The notes beneath the pieces were generated by a model that ran no database searches, was not told the origin of the DNA, and saw only the letters and a program-made list of their open reading frames with translations. A stretch of 64,000 nucleotides of DNA. Origin: Azolla caroliniana (taxonomy: Eukaryota > Plantae > Polypodiophyta). Shown piece after piece: positions 24,801 through 36,996 of this stretch (the first letter of the stretch is position 1; every line of letters begins with the position of its first letter). Made by a program: the position numbers and the translations under genes. Location: the NCBI GenBank assembly GCA_043228905.1, contig JBHGNT010000017.1:11408001-11472000 (forward strand). The letters are read 5' to 3'.

Positions 24801-26226
24801 TTACTATAATGTCCTTCTTGCCGGCAATTATAGCAATATGCTTTCCGAGTATTGCTGGATTCGGCATTGTTTCCTATACCCGGTGGAGGACCTGTGGTAA
24901 CCGCAGGGCTCTGGTCTGGTTGGCTGCTTGAGGCGCCTTTTTCCGGTTCACGTGGGTGGCTCCCTTTTTTGAAATGTCGTTTTTTATTAAAGTTCTTTTT
25001 GTTGCAATACCCTTGCCAGGGTTGGTCGTCATATCTCCCGTAATCTTCCCGTCGTTGGTGATACCCAGGGGAGTGATCCCGGTTGTGATGCTCATACTGT
25101 CCATTGTAATCTCGGTACTTGTCATATCTCTTGTACCGGTCATAGTTGTCTCACCGATCATCGTACCGGACATCCTGTGCCAGTCAATATCGCTCCTCTC
25201 GCCGCCAGCGTTCGTCTTCTTCGTCTCAGTTGCTACGTGGCTCAATTTGCCGGACTGGTGGTGCTTGCCGATTCAATAAGTTATATTCGCACCGATCCAT
25301 CGTGTGGCTCGTAGAGTGGCAGAGTAAGCAGTGCGTCCACATGGTGCACTCCAGTGACGAGTGTCCGGCGTTCAAGCAGTTTGTGCATTGGATTGCTTGC
25401 CGGAAACGGAGATCCTCATCGGTTGGTAATGCTCGACAGAGGGCTCCCATTGTTAGCCAAGAGCTCGTTTTTTCCATTTCTCTAACCCGGTCGATGACCT
25501 GGTCGACGGTGCTTGTACGAAAGTCGATAATCGTGCATACCGTTCGTAGAGGTTCCCAGAGCGTGGCTAAAAATATAGCCCGTGTTTCTTTCTCCGGAGG
25601 TGCGCGGGTAAGCTGACTATGCATCCGTTGAAACCGGATGACAAACTGCGGAATGCTCTCCCCGGGGTCCTGCCAAATGGTATAAAATAGGCCCACCATT
25701 TCTCTCTGGTCCACCTCCTTCTGAAAGAAGTGCAAGAATTTATCTTTTAGGTCAGCAAAGGTGGTGATGGTGCTGGGGTCCTGCGTCCGGTGCCATCTGG
25801 TGGCTAGTCCTTCCAATGTCACGCCGAATTCGGCTATCTTAGATCGTTCCTCTTCGGCCGCGGTTAACCGTTGTGACACATGGTTCACCTCCCATGTTTG
25901 TTGAAACGTGTGAACATGAGCCTCCACGTCCGGGTCATCCCAATACTTGGAGTACTAGAACGGCATGTCGTCGTCCGGTGTCGGTACGCAAGCTGGCGGT
26001 GTCGGTGGTCTTTCCAGTTGTTCCATCGGCGTCGGAGGTCTTTGTCAGTCTTCCCTTGGTGTTGCCGACTCAACTTCCGGTGTCGGACGTCTTTCTTTGT
26101 CTTCTTCCGTCTCTGAAGGTTGTTCCATGTCTAGTGCTAGGGGTTCCTGGTCTGCCAACTCTGGTTTCGGTGTCGGTACTGTATCCGACTCCTCGTCCTC
26201 CGGTCTTCCTGGGGTGTCGTTACTGT

Positions 26227-29200
26227 TGTTGGGAGACAAGTCCCTCCAGATGGGAAAGGAGAAGAACAGTGTTGATGAACAAACTCGGCCGAGGCCGATA
26301 GGCCTCGGCCGAAACCGTATGACAAGTACCCGGCTACGGAGAGCCGGATGGTGTAGACCTGGTGAGAACCGGATGACGTAAATATGTTTCTGAGAGTCCA
26401 TCATGGCTATATTTGTAAATAGCCGAAAAGTCATATTAGTATAAATATGACTTAGGGCAAACTTTTAGTTTGTTGTTGTCATTCTTGTTGGTGCAAGGAA
26501 AGAGAGAGAGTGCGTAACTGTGTACAAAGAGAGAGAGAGAGAGAAAGAGGTTGTTGCCTCTGTTGTAACCGCCGCCTGTGGTGAGGATCGTGAGCACGAG
26601 GTCGTTGCCTCCGTGAACTCCCTGTTGTACATTCTAACATAGCGATATTTTGCAGCCTGTGGGCTGCCGTGGTTTTTCCCCTAGTTTGGGTTTTCCACAT
26701 AAACATCCTGCGTACTCTTCTCTTCTTCATGTCGTACTTTATTTCCCATTTTCTGTGTATGATTCTAAGCTTGGTTGTGGCTAAGCGCTGCGCATAAGGA
26801 ACGAGTAGTTCTCGACAAGTGGTATCAGAGCGAAACGACACAGAAAATGGACGAATCATTTGGCGGCATGTTCAAGCTCACCGGCTCCAACTATTCAGTG
26901 TGGAAGTCGAAGATGAGGGACATGCTCGTGGTTAAAGATCTTTGGTTACCAGTTCAGTTTGGGGACAAGAGACCGGACAAGATTAATGCCACAATATGGG
27001 AGGTGAGGCACATGAAAACAACGGTGTACATACGGTGCTTCATCGACATGATCCTATACAACAACTTCAATGAAGAGAGCAAGGCTCATGAGCTCTGGGA
27101 GAAGATCGGCATTATGTTTCAAAACAAAAATGATGTTAATCAGGTTTCGGTATTCCGGAAGCTAGTAAGACTCCGGTACCAAGATGGCTCCAGCATGGCG
27201 GAGCACATGAATGCCTTCCAGGGGCTGATCCACCAGGCAACTTCATTGGAAGTACCTCTCGCCGATGAGGTACTAGCGCTACTCCTGCTCGGTTCACTCC
27301 CGGATAGCTGGGAGACGTTGGTTGTCACTTTGGGAAACGCTGGGCCGGAAGGAAAGCGGTTATCCCTAGCAAGAGTAAAGTCGAGCTTGCTAGATGAGGA
27401 GGCGCGTCGGAAAGATAAAGATACGAGCTCCGACTCCAAAGCGCTCCTTACCGAATCGGAACGCGGAAGACATAGAAACCGTAGTCCCCAGAACTGGGAG
27501 AAGTCGGGGACACAGTCAAAGTCAAGGGGAAGACCTACTTGCTTCTATTGCGGCAAGCCGGGACACTTCCAAAAGAACTGTCAGCATTTCCGAAAGGACA
27601 AGGAAACCGACGGTACCGATTCGAAGCGGATACCGGACCGTAACAGTAAAGACCGGAGGGGAACAGACCGGAAGGGGACGACGGCAATCGCGGCAAGTGA
27701 AGAAGAGTTGATGCTCATCACCGAGGAGAGTGAGATAAACCTTGCCGGCAACGAGACGACCTAGGTGGTAGACTCTGAAGCGTCATTCCACCTTACCGAC
27801 CGGAAAGGCTTCTCATCCTACTCAGCCGGTGATCACGGCTGTGTCCGGATGGGGAATGAAGGTACATGCCGAATTATCGGCATAGGAGACGTGTGGCTAT
27901 CAACACCAACCGGATGCAAGTTGTTGCTGAAGGATGTTCGACACGTTCCGGAGGTTTGTCTGAACCTGATATCAGCCGGTCGGCTAGATGATGAAGGCTA
28001 CACGGGTAGCATTCGGAACGGTGTCATGAAGTTCAGCAAAGGGAGCCTGATTGTGGCTCGGGCCCGGAAGGTCAACACATTGTACCTGATGAATGCCTGG
28101 TTATGTCCGGAAGAAGTGAATGTGGCATCCGACACTGCCGGTGAGTTGTGGCACAAGAGGTTGTGTCATATGAGCGAGAAGGGGATGAAGAGGCTTGCAG
28201 ACGACAACCTCATCCCAGTAAAGAAAGTGCACTTGGAGAAGTGCACTGATTGTCTGGCCGGTAAGCAAAACCGGACCTCCTTCCGACCAAGGCCACCGAT
28301 GAGACGTAATGCACCACTGGAGTTGGTGCATACGGATGTGTGTCAAGTAGACACGAAGTCACATGCCGGAGCGCAATACTTCATGACGTTCATAAATGAC
28401 CACAGCCGGAAGTTGTGGGCCACACCATTGAAGACGAAGGATCAGGTGCTATCCATCTTCAAAGAGCTCCACGTGAGAGTGGAAAGAGAAACCGGCCGGA
28501 AGCAGAAGGCGGTTCGAGCAGATAACGAAGGAGAATACCGGGGGCAGTTCGAGGAGTACTACCGCTCGAAGGGATTCCGGTTCGAATTTACCGTGCCGAA
28601 GACGCCGAAACTAAACAAACTGGCTGAGAGGATGAACCGGACCATAATGGAGAGGGTCCGGAGTATGCTAGCGCATGCAAAACTACCCAAGAAGTTTTGG
28701 GCTGAGGCACTGTCGACGGCGACATATGTGATAAATAGATCACTCTCAGTACCCTTGGACGGAGACACGCCACAGAGAGTGTGGACCGGTAAGGAAGTAT
28801 CCTACCGGCATCTAAAGGTGTTTGGGTGCCTCGCGTACGTGCATGTAGCACAGGACCGGAGAGGAAAGTTAGATCCAAAGACCCGTCCATGCATATTCCT
28901 CGGTTACGGTGACGATGAGTTCAGCTACCGAGTGTGGGACCTAGTCGACAAGAAGGTATTCCGGAGTCGAGATATTATCTTCATGGAGGACAAGACACTC
29001 GCCGATTGGGAGTCGGAGAAGAAGATAATGAACTCCGAGTCGACCGGTAAGGATCGACTCTACGATGAGCAGACCCAACCGGCAAGAGACCGGTTAGCAC
29101 TCGAGGGACCAGCCGGTTACGGTGAGGATACCAAACAGGCTGAAGAAGAAGTAAAGGAAGCTGAAACCGAAACCGGCCAAGACCCCGAATCGGATTCGGA

Positions 29201-31427
29201 TGAAGAGCAAATGGAGGAGCCGCTTACCGAAGCCCGAAGACGGAGATATCCTCTCAGAGATAGAAGGGCCCCCCGGAGATTTCCGAATGCAGAGCATGTT
29301 CTGCTGACCGATGAGGGGGAGCCGGAAAGCTTCGAAGAAGCGAAGGATGACGCCCACAACCGCAAATGGTTAAGTGCCATGCAGGATGAGATAGATTCCC
29401 TGCATGAGAACCATACGTACGAATTGGTGGAGTTGCCGAAAGGAAAGCGGGCACTCCGAAACAAGTGGGTGTACAAGTTGAAACCGGGAGATACCGGCAA
29501 CCCCTCAAGATACAAAGCCAGGATCGTGGTGAAGGGGTTCCAGCAGAAGATAGGCGTGGACTTCGACGAGATATTTGCCCCGGTAGTAAAGATGACCTCC
29601 ATCCGGATGGTGTTGAGTATAGCGGCGAGCATGGACCTCGAGGTAGAGCAGCTGGACATGAAGACGGCATTCCTTCATGGCGACCTCGAAGAGGAGATCT
29701 ACATGCAGCAACCGGAAGGATTCGTGGAGAAAGGGAAGGAGCACCTGGTATGCCGGTTGAAGAAGAGCCTCTACGGGTTGAAGCAGGCCCCCCGGCAATG
29801 GTACCGGAAGTTCGACTCCTTCATGACCGATCAAAGGTACCACAAGACGCAGGCTGATCACTGCATGTTTGTCAAGAAGTTCGAAGGAGACGACTTCCTA
29901 ATACTCCTTCTGTACGTGGATGACATGTTGATCATCGGATGGGACCAAGTCAAAATACGGATGTTGAAGAAGGCTCTCAACCGGACCTTCTCAATGAAAG
30001 ACTTGGGTCCGGCAAGACAGATGTTGGGGATGCATATTATCCGGAACCGGTCAGTGAAGCAATTGTGGCTGTCACAGGAGAAGTACGTGACAAAGGTGCT
30101 TCACCGGTTCAACATGTCAGATGCGAAACCGGTCGGATCGACACTTCCGGCAAACTGCAGGCTATCCGGTAAGCAAAGCCCGAAGACGAAAGTAGAGAAG
30201 GCGGATATGATGAAGATTCCATATGCCTCTGCCTTCGGGAGCTTAATCTACGCAATGGTGTGTACCCGACCGGATATAGGATAAGCAGTCGGAGTGGTGA
30301 TCCGGTTTATGAGCAATCCCGGCAAGGAGCACTGGAACGCGGTCAAATGGATACTCCGGTACTTGAAGGGCACTTCAAATATGTGTCTCCGCTTCGGCTC
30401 CGGAAAACCTCAACTTGACGGTTTCACCGATTCGGACATGTCGGCTGATGTGGATACCAGCCGGTCTACATCCGGGTATGTAATGACATATGCAGGGGGA
30501 GCTGTTTCATGGCAGAGCTGTTTCATGGCAGTCGAGGCTGCAGAAGACGGTTGCATTGTCAACCACAGAGGCGGAGTACATGGCGGCTGTGGAAGCCGGC
30601 AAGGAAATATTATGGATGAAGGACTTCATCGGAGAGCTCGGTATCCGGCAAGATGAATACCGACTCTATTGCGATAGTCAAAGTGCCATCCATCTTGCTA
30701 AGAATGCGGCCTACCATTCCCGGACGAAGCATATCCAGCGAGTACCGTATGACGAGTACCCGGCTACGAAGAGCCGGATGGTGCAGACCCGGTGAGAACC
30801 GGATGACGAGTACCCGGCTATAGAGAGCCAGATGGTGTAGACCCGGTGAAGACCGGATGAGGAGTACCCGGCTACGGAGAGCCGGATAGTGCAGACCCGG
30901 TGAGAACCGGATGAGGAGTACCCGGCTACGGAGAGCCAGATGGTGCAGACCCGGTGAGAAGTGCTCACCGGATGAAGAGACATATTCGTAAATATGTTTC
31001 TGAGAGTCCATCATGGCAATATTTGTAAATAGCCGAAAAGTCATATTAGTATAAATATGACTTAGGGCAAACTTTTAGTTTGTTGTTGTCATTCTTGTTG
31101 GTGCAAGGAAAGAGAGAGAGTGCGTAACTATGTACAGAGAGAGAGAGAGAAAGAAAGAGGTTGTTGCCTCTGTTGTAACCGCCGCCTGTGGCGAGGATCG
31201 TGAGCACGAGGTCGTTGCCTCCGTGAACTCCCTGTTGTACATTCTAACATAGCGATAGTTTGCAGCCTGTGGGCTGCCGTGGTTTTTCCCCTAGTTTGGG
31301 TTTTCCACGTAAACATCCTGCGTACTCTTCTCTTCTTCGTGTCGTGCTTTATTTCCCGTTCTCTATGTATGATTCTAAGCTCGGTTGTGGCCGAGCACTG
31401 CGCATAAGGAACGAGTAGTTCTCGACA
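26227..31427 (+). mobile_element. Ty1/copia LTR retrotransposon (family A copy 2), nested
   Basis: 5' LTR 26227-26817; PBS tggtatcagagc 26820-26831; gag-pol ~26847-30740 with stops; a deletion removes the RNase H end, the PPT and the start of the 3' LTR (~30743-31427); TSD ACTGT (26222-26226, 31428-31432). Confidence 0.96.
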
Positions 31428-31459
31428 ACTGTTGTGATAGTTCGTGTGCGCGTTGTAAC

Positions 31460-34400
31460 TATTATAGATCTCGGTACTAAAGTAAGCTTAAGATAAGGAT
31501 AAAGAAATGAAAGATAGAAAGGAGAAAGAGAAAGAAGGGTGTCGATCCACCCGACCACCCCCGAGCGAAGGGATCGAGACGGACTCGAGCCTCGATCGGC
31601 GTCCCATACCACCGTCGTGGCGTCGTACCTGGTGCTGGAGCGCTCGCTACAAGAGTTGACCCACCACACGAGCAGAGTCTCGATGTAGTCAAAAGATGAT
31701 CAAATGAGGGTAGCTAGGCCTCTTATTTATAGCGATACCCAAGGCCCCCAGGCAAGTTCACACTTGACCTAATGGGTTGTCTCAATCCCGAGGATTAAAA
31801 GTAATCCTCCCCTTCTTTACACTCTCGTTTAACCCTCACACTTATCCACGTGTATAGAATACTACAGTAAATTCTTACCACGGGATATTATATGGTCATG
31901 CCCGTAACATACTCCCCCTCTTTAAAACATTGCACTCTTGCAATGGAAAGTTAGGGAAGTTAGTTCTAAGAGTATTTTCGCGTTCCCATGTGGCATCTTT
32001 TATTGATTTATCCATCCATTTTATTTTAAATTCTCGGATTTCTTTAGTACGTAATTTTTTTGTTTTAACATCGAGATTTCTTTCTGGTACATGTGGTTTA
32101 GAAGATAATTCTTCAGAATAACCAGAGTTTCAGTCATAACTGTATTGTCGCCAAAACCTAGAAGTTCTTTTAGACGACTCACATGAAAGACTGGATGAAT
32201 TCCGACACCATCGGGAAGAGCGAAACGATAGGCTGATGACCCAATGCGTTTGAGGACTATAAAAGGTCCACAAAACCGTGGGGCTAACTTAGCACACTTA
32301 CTCGTAGACAATGTCTTAGAATTGTGAGGTACACGTAAAAATACCTTCTGTCCAGGGTTGAATACACGAGGTTGCCTATGATGATCGGCATAAAAACGCG
32401 CTCTATCTTGAGCTGTTTTTATATTTTCTCGTGCAATATGCAACATATCTTGCATATCCCGAAGAAAGTTTTGCGTACTTCACAACTCATCATGATGTAT
32501 ATTAACATCAATCGGGGCTCGTGGCTGAAAACCATACATCAACATAAAAGGACTATATCCCGTCGACGTATGCTTGGAGCTGTTATAAGCAAACTCCAAA
32601 ATTGGGAGATAACGTTCCCATTTTGTTGGTTTTGCACCAACGTATGCTCGAAGCATGTCCTCAATAATTTGATTTACTCGTTCTATCTGTCCATCGGATT
32701 GAGGATGATCCGTGGAGCTCATGCTCAACGTAGTTTCTAACTTCTTAAAACCAGGGATAACCCAGTATTACATCGGTGGTACAAAGATTCATTACATGGA
32801 AGTCTACTTCCTCTATATAAGTATCAATAGAAATTCCTAATGAATGAATCGCCCCGTTGATGTATTGTACTCTTCCATCAGCCAAGTGCACCGTGTAGGT
32901 GTGATCACTTACGGTGGGTTGGATTCCCCATATCTGAACCAAACGATCATTCACAAAATTGTGTGAGCTTCCCGAATCAAATAAAAATTGTACGGGAGAT
33001 CCATTGATATACCCGTTTGCACGTAGTAAATCATTGGGACCCAATACATAGTGAGGGAAAGAACATTGACAATTACTTAAATGATGTGTATAGACCTGAA
33101 GGACATTAGGAATCTAACCTTTATGGTCTGCAGCTTTAGCTTTGTTGTCGTGCTCTTTCCGTTGGAGCTTTCGACATTGATCTTTTGTATGACCCTTCTT
33201 TTTGCAGAATACACAAAAAGGATGTTGTCGCTTACAATCGCGATCCAGGAATTCGTTGGGTGTCTTGCGTTTCCCAACAAATTGCGACTGCTTAGTCCCG
33301 GGCGCTTCATTGGGTTTGTTATGGTCCTTCTTCGAATTGCGTTGATAGCGAAGAACTATTTCAACGGTCTCTTCGAAGGATTTTGGATCCTTATCGTGCA
33401 CTATCCAGTGATAGTCCGAATTGGGGATGCCATTGACAAAACAAGCTATCAACCAATTGTCCCTTCTAGACCCGATTTTTGGATTTGGGTTCTAGCATGG
33501 TGAACATAGTCTTCTAGCGAGGAAAATTTCCTGCTAGAGAGGTTCATTAAAGCTTGTGTTGCCTCGGTTCGAGAGGGAGGTTGCAGAAATTGGCCCTTAA
33601 AGACCGTGACAAAATCTGTCCAGGTATCGAGCAATTTCCCCATAGTACGAAGGCCACGCCACCAGGCGGCGGCCTTACCCCCGAGTTCTCGGCCGACATA
33701 TGCAATCTTCGTACTATCTGGCGTGGGATAGAGCTCAAAATGAGACTCCCATCGTCCCAGCCATGTGCAGATTGCTTCTTCGGTTCTTTCCTTTTTGTCT
33801 CCGGTAAATGGCTTAACGACAAATGATGGTTCACCTTGTCGCTCATCAGGTCTATTAGTCTCACATTGTAGACTAATGACACGTGCCTCAAGAGCACTCT
33901 GAGATTGCCAAAGTTCGGTCATCTGTTGAGCGGTGAAACTAAGGTATTGGGTTATTTGTGCCAAATACATCTCAGTGGACATTTGTCCAGGAGGATTCCC
34001 TTGAGTTCCTTCCACTTGAGCGGATGACATCGGGTCGTTAATTTGAGCCATTAAAGATTATTTCTGGAAAAGAAATAGGATAAGGTCAGAGATATAGTCA
34101 TAACATCATGTCGTGATGTAAACATATCATGGGCGAGCATTAATCGATATCATTATCTCACGTCAATACCCCTCTAGACGTATCAGATGAGGTTCAAGAT
34201 CAGGTTACTATGGTAACACAAAGGTGTTTTAAAAACCATGGGGGTGACAAATAAATGTCTTTCCCTGATCTCTATATCGATTTTTTTATGGTGGCTCCCC
34301 GAGGCTCAACCATGTATGTTCGCGTCATTAATTGTTTATACACGGAAAAAATGTTAATAATAAACTATGTTTCGGTGCCCACATATGTGGTTTCGGCTCT

Positions 34401-36188
34401 TTAAGTCCTATTACGAGGACCCCGAGGTGCACTTAGACCTTAAGTCTAAACATGTGTTATAGTCATATGTATCAAGGATGTTGTATGGTCTTGGTCATAT
34501 TTGAACTCGAGACCTCGAGAACAAATACATTAAACACTTGAGCCAACCAAGTAAGTTGCTCTTCTCGAATGCTTAATGTTTGATGCATATAAGAGATATG
34601 CGAGATCATATATGTTTTTTTTCAAAGAACATATATGTCAAGGGTCCTTATTTCGCCCTCATTTACCAAAACTATGTTGGTACGTTACCTATCCTCAAGT
34701 CTCGTAATTACGATGGCATACGCCAAAGTGCAACCTAATGGTGAAGCCAAATGAGCCCTTGTTTCGTAGTAGGCTCACGTGGGCCATCACATGGTCACGT
34801 CATTACGAATGCCTCTCGTAAGAACGAGCTCATGGTGGCATCGTATCCATGTAACGAGGGAGGGATGTTGGATACGTGCGTCATTGGAGCGACCTCACTT
34901 GAAGTGGGTCAAGCCCTACGTACTCAACATCATTATGGCTATTGGCGTTTCTTTACGTAACGAAATCGAGGTCATCAACAGGGTTATCAACAATAAAAAA
35001 TTGTTGAAAAAGGGATGGTGACAACGCCATTCTCACAAAAATGTGAGGACGGCCACCAACATCCTTTTCCCGACCATGACAACTTTCGACATAATCACGT
35101 AATAACGAATATACACATATGTTTACTTTTCACATATATACGATCAAATACGTATATATGTGACCACATATGCCTATATTAAACATATTGTTATATTAAA
35201 TAGCCATAAATGATGTGATCGAGATACGTAATCGAGGTATATACCTCTACGCACACGAAACATCCACAAATAAGAGATCATCGTAATACGCAATTGAGGT
35301 ATTGACCTCTTACGCATAAGAGACCAACCGCATATCGTTTACAGCAAATCAAGGTATTAAACTCATACGCAAACGTAACATATGTTCGTGAAAGTAATAC
35401 GTAATTGAGGTATTAACCTCGTACGCATACGACACTCGTCACATATTATTAATATGTCAAACGAGGTATTGACCTCGTGCACATATGTAAACGTTTTAGA
35501 TAATCAATTAAAGACCACTACAACATCATTGGCTTAATGAAAAAAATTACATATAAACTAAACACATGATTAGATGGGAGAAGAGAGAATAGAAAGAAAA
35601 ATTATGGAAAGAGTTACCGAAGTTCTTTGTTGATCGTTGTCTGGATCAAGGCCAACCGCACAACGATCGATCAGCATCAATCAAAAGACAAATGAAAAAC
35701 AAAGAAACATTAGTACAAAAATCTGATACCAAATATTATAGATCTCGGTACTAAAGTAAGCTTAAGATAAGGATAAAGAAATGAAAGATAGAAAGGAGAA
35801 AGAGAAAGAAGGGTGCCAATCCACCCGACCACCCCCGAGCGAAGGGATCGAGACGGACTCGAGCCTCGATCGGCGTCCCATACCACCGTCGTGGCGTCGA
35901 GTCGTACCTGGTGCTGGAGCGCTCGCTACAAGAGTTGACCCACCACACGAGCAGAGTCTCGATGTAGTCAAAAGATGATCAAATGAGGGTAGCTAGGCCT
36001 CTTATTTATAGCGATACCCAAGGCCCCCAGGCAAGTTCACACTTGACCTAATGGGTTGTCTCAATCCCGAGGATTAAAAGTAATCCTCCCCTTCTTTACA
36101 CTCTCGTTTAACCCTCACACTTATCCACGTGTATAGAATACTACGGTAAATTCTTACCACGGGATATTATATGGTCATGCCCGTAACA
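31460..36188 (-). mobile_element. Non-autonomous chromovirus (Ty3/gypsy): gag-PR, partial integrase and chromodomain, no RT/RNase H
   Basis: LTRs 31460-31909 and 35734-36188; TSD GTAAC (31455-31459, 36189-36193); PBS tctgatacca 35722-35731; PPT 31911-31921; gag 33449..34051; zinc knuckle CVFCKKKGHTKDQC; protease LFDSGSS; integrase HPQSDGQIER and GPF; chromodomain-like EFKIKWMDKSIKDATWE at ~31930-32080. Confidence 0.95.
35222..35490. repeat. Array of ~5 palindromic motifs (GAGGTattgACCTC) at ~57-60 bp spacing in the chromovirus leader
   Basis: Motif cores at ~35234, 35296, 35352, 35407 and 35463, with conserved tacgtaat/tacgca flanks and variable spacers. Confidence 0.8.
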
Positions 36189-36996
36189 GTAACCCCTTCC
36201 GAATCCGATTCCAGGGCTGAAAAAGCTTCAGATTCGCCGTCTTTTCCGGCCAAGGCCTGGAGAAGGGATTCCGCTTCCGGAGACTTCTTAAGCTACTTCC
36301 TTCGTCCGGGTAGGCGTTTTGTTGCAAACGGAGTGACTCCTCCGCAACTTTCCGGATCACTTTGGAAAATGATCGATCCGTTCGGATTTCTTCCGCTGCT
36401 TGCTGGAAAGCCTCTCGCCGCCTTCCCCGTTCAGCAAGTCTTCGTGCTCTCTCAGTAACCAGGTCGTCTGTTGGCCTAGTCATCCATTCCCGCCGCTATT
36501 CACTGCGATTGTGCAGGAATCGTGGTCACCAAAAACTGTGTTAATCCTAGGGCCAGACAACAGCCTAACATAGGGTGTCCACTTAAGACACTTCACCAAA
36601 GGGTGTTACGGCAGAATGACTTACGGCACAATGCTTAATTAGACCTTAATCGATTACTTAGCAACACATCATTAACACACGCAAGATACAACAATAAGTA
36701 GAGAACGGTAATCAACACTGAAAGATTAAGGCAATAAATTCTATTAATTATCCGCTCTCGATTACATTGTAATCAGGCCTTTATATAGGTCTCCGATGCG
36801 AAATACAAAACGGTGCCAACCGGCACCTTTTCAGGATCGGTCCGGATCCGAATCGGCATACCGATTCCGGTTCGTCCGTCCACATTTTCTTATATATTAA
36901 TATATATATTAAGACTACTAATTACAACAGTTCCCGAATAAACTATTCCTTTTCACACTCTGGTTTGGACCTCCTTAAGCCTTCTTGCCCGCCGGT

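Larger units (their letters stand above)
18833..36996 (-). mobile_element. Degenerate Ty3/gypsy (non-chromovirus) element with an extra 3' ORF; host of two nested insertions; both ends truncated
   Basis: 5' LTR from 36537; PBS tggtgaccacg ~36521-36531 (tRNA-Arg-like); gag 36483-36194 and 26221-25226; zinc knuckle ~24810-24840; protease IIDGGS 24143..24757; RT FLDD 23048..24115; RNase H 22163..23035; integrase ~20900-22100; additional ORF ~18833-20400. Confidence 0.9.

Noticed and set aside
35222-35490. CRISPR-like array (palindromic repeats with spacers)
   Set aside because: The repeats are degenerate, lie inside a eukaryotic retrotransposon leader, and no cas genes are present. Kept only as a hairpin-array finding.
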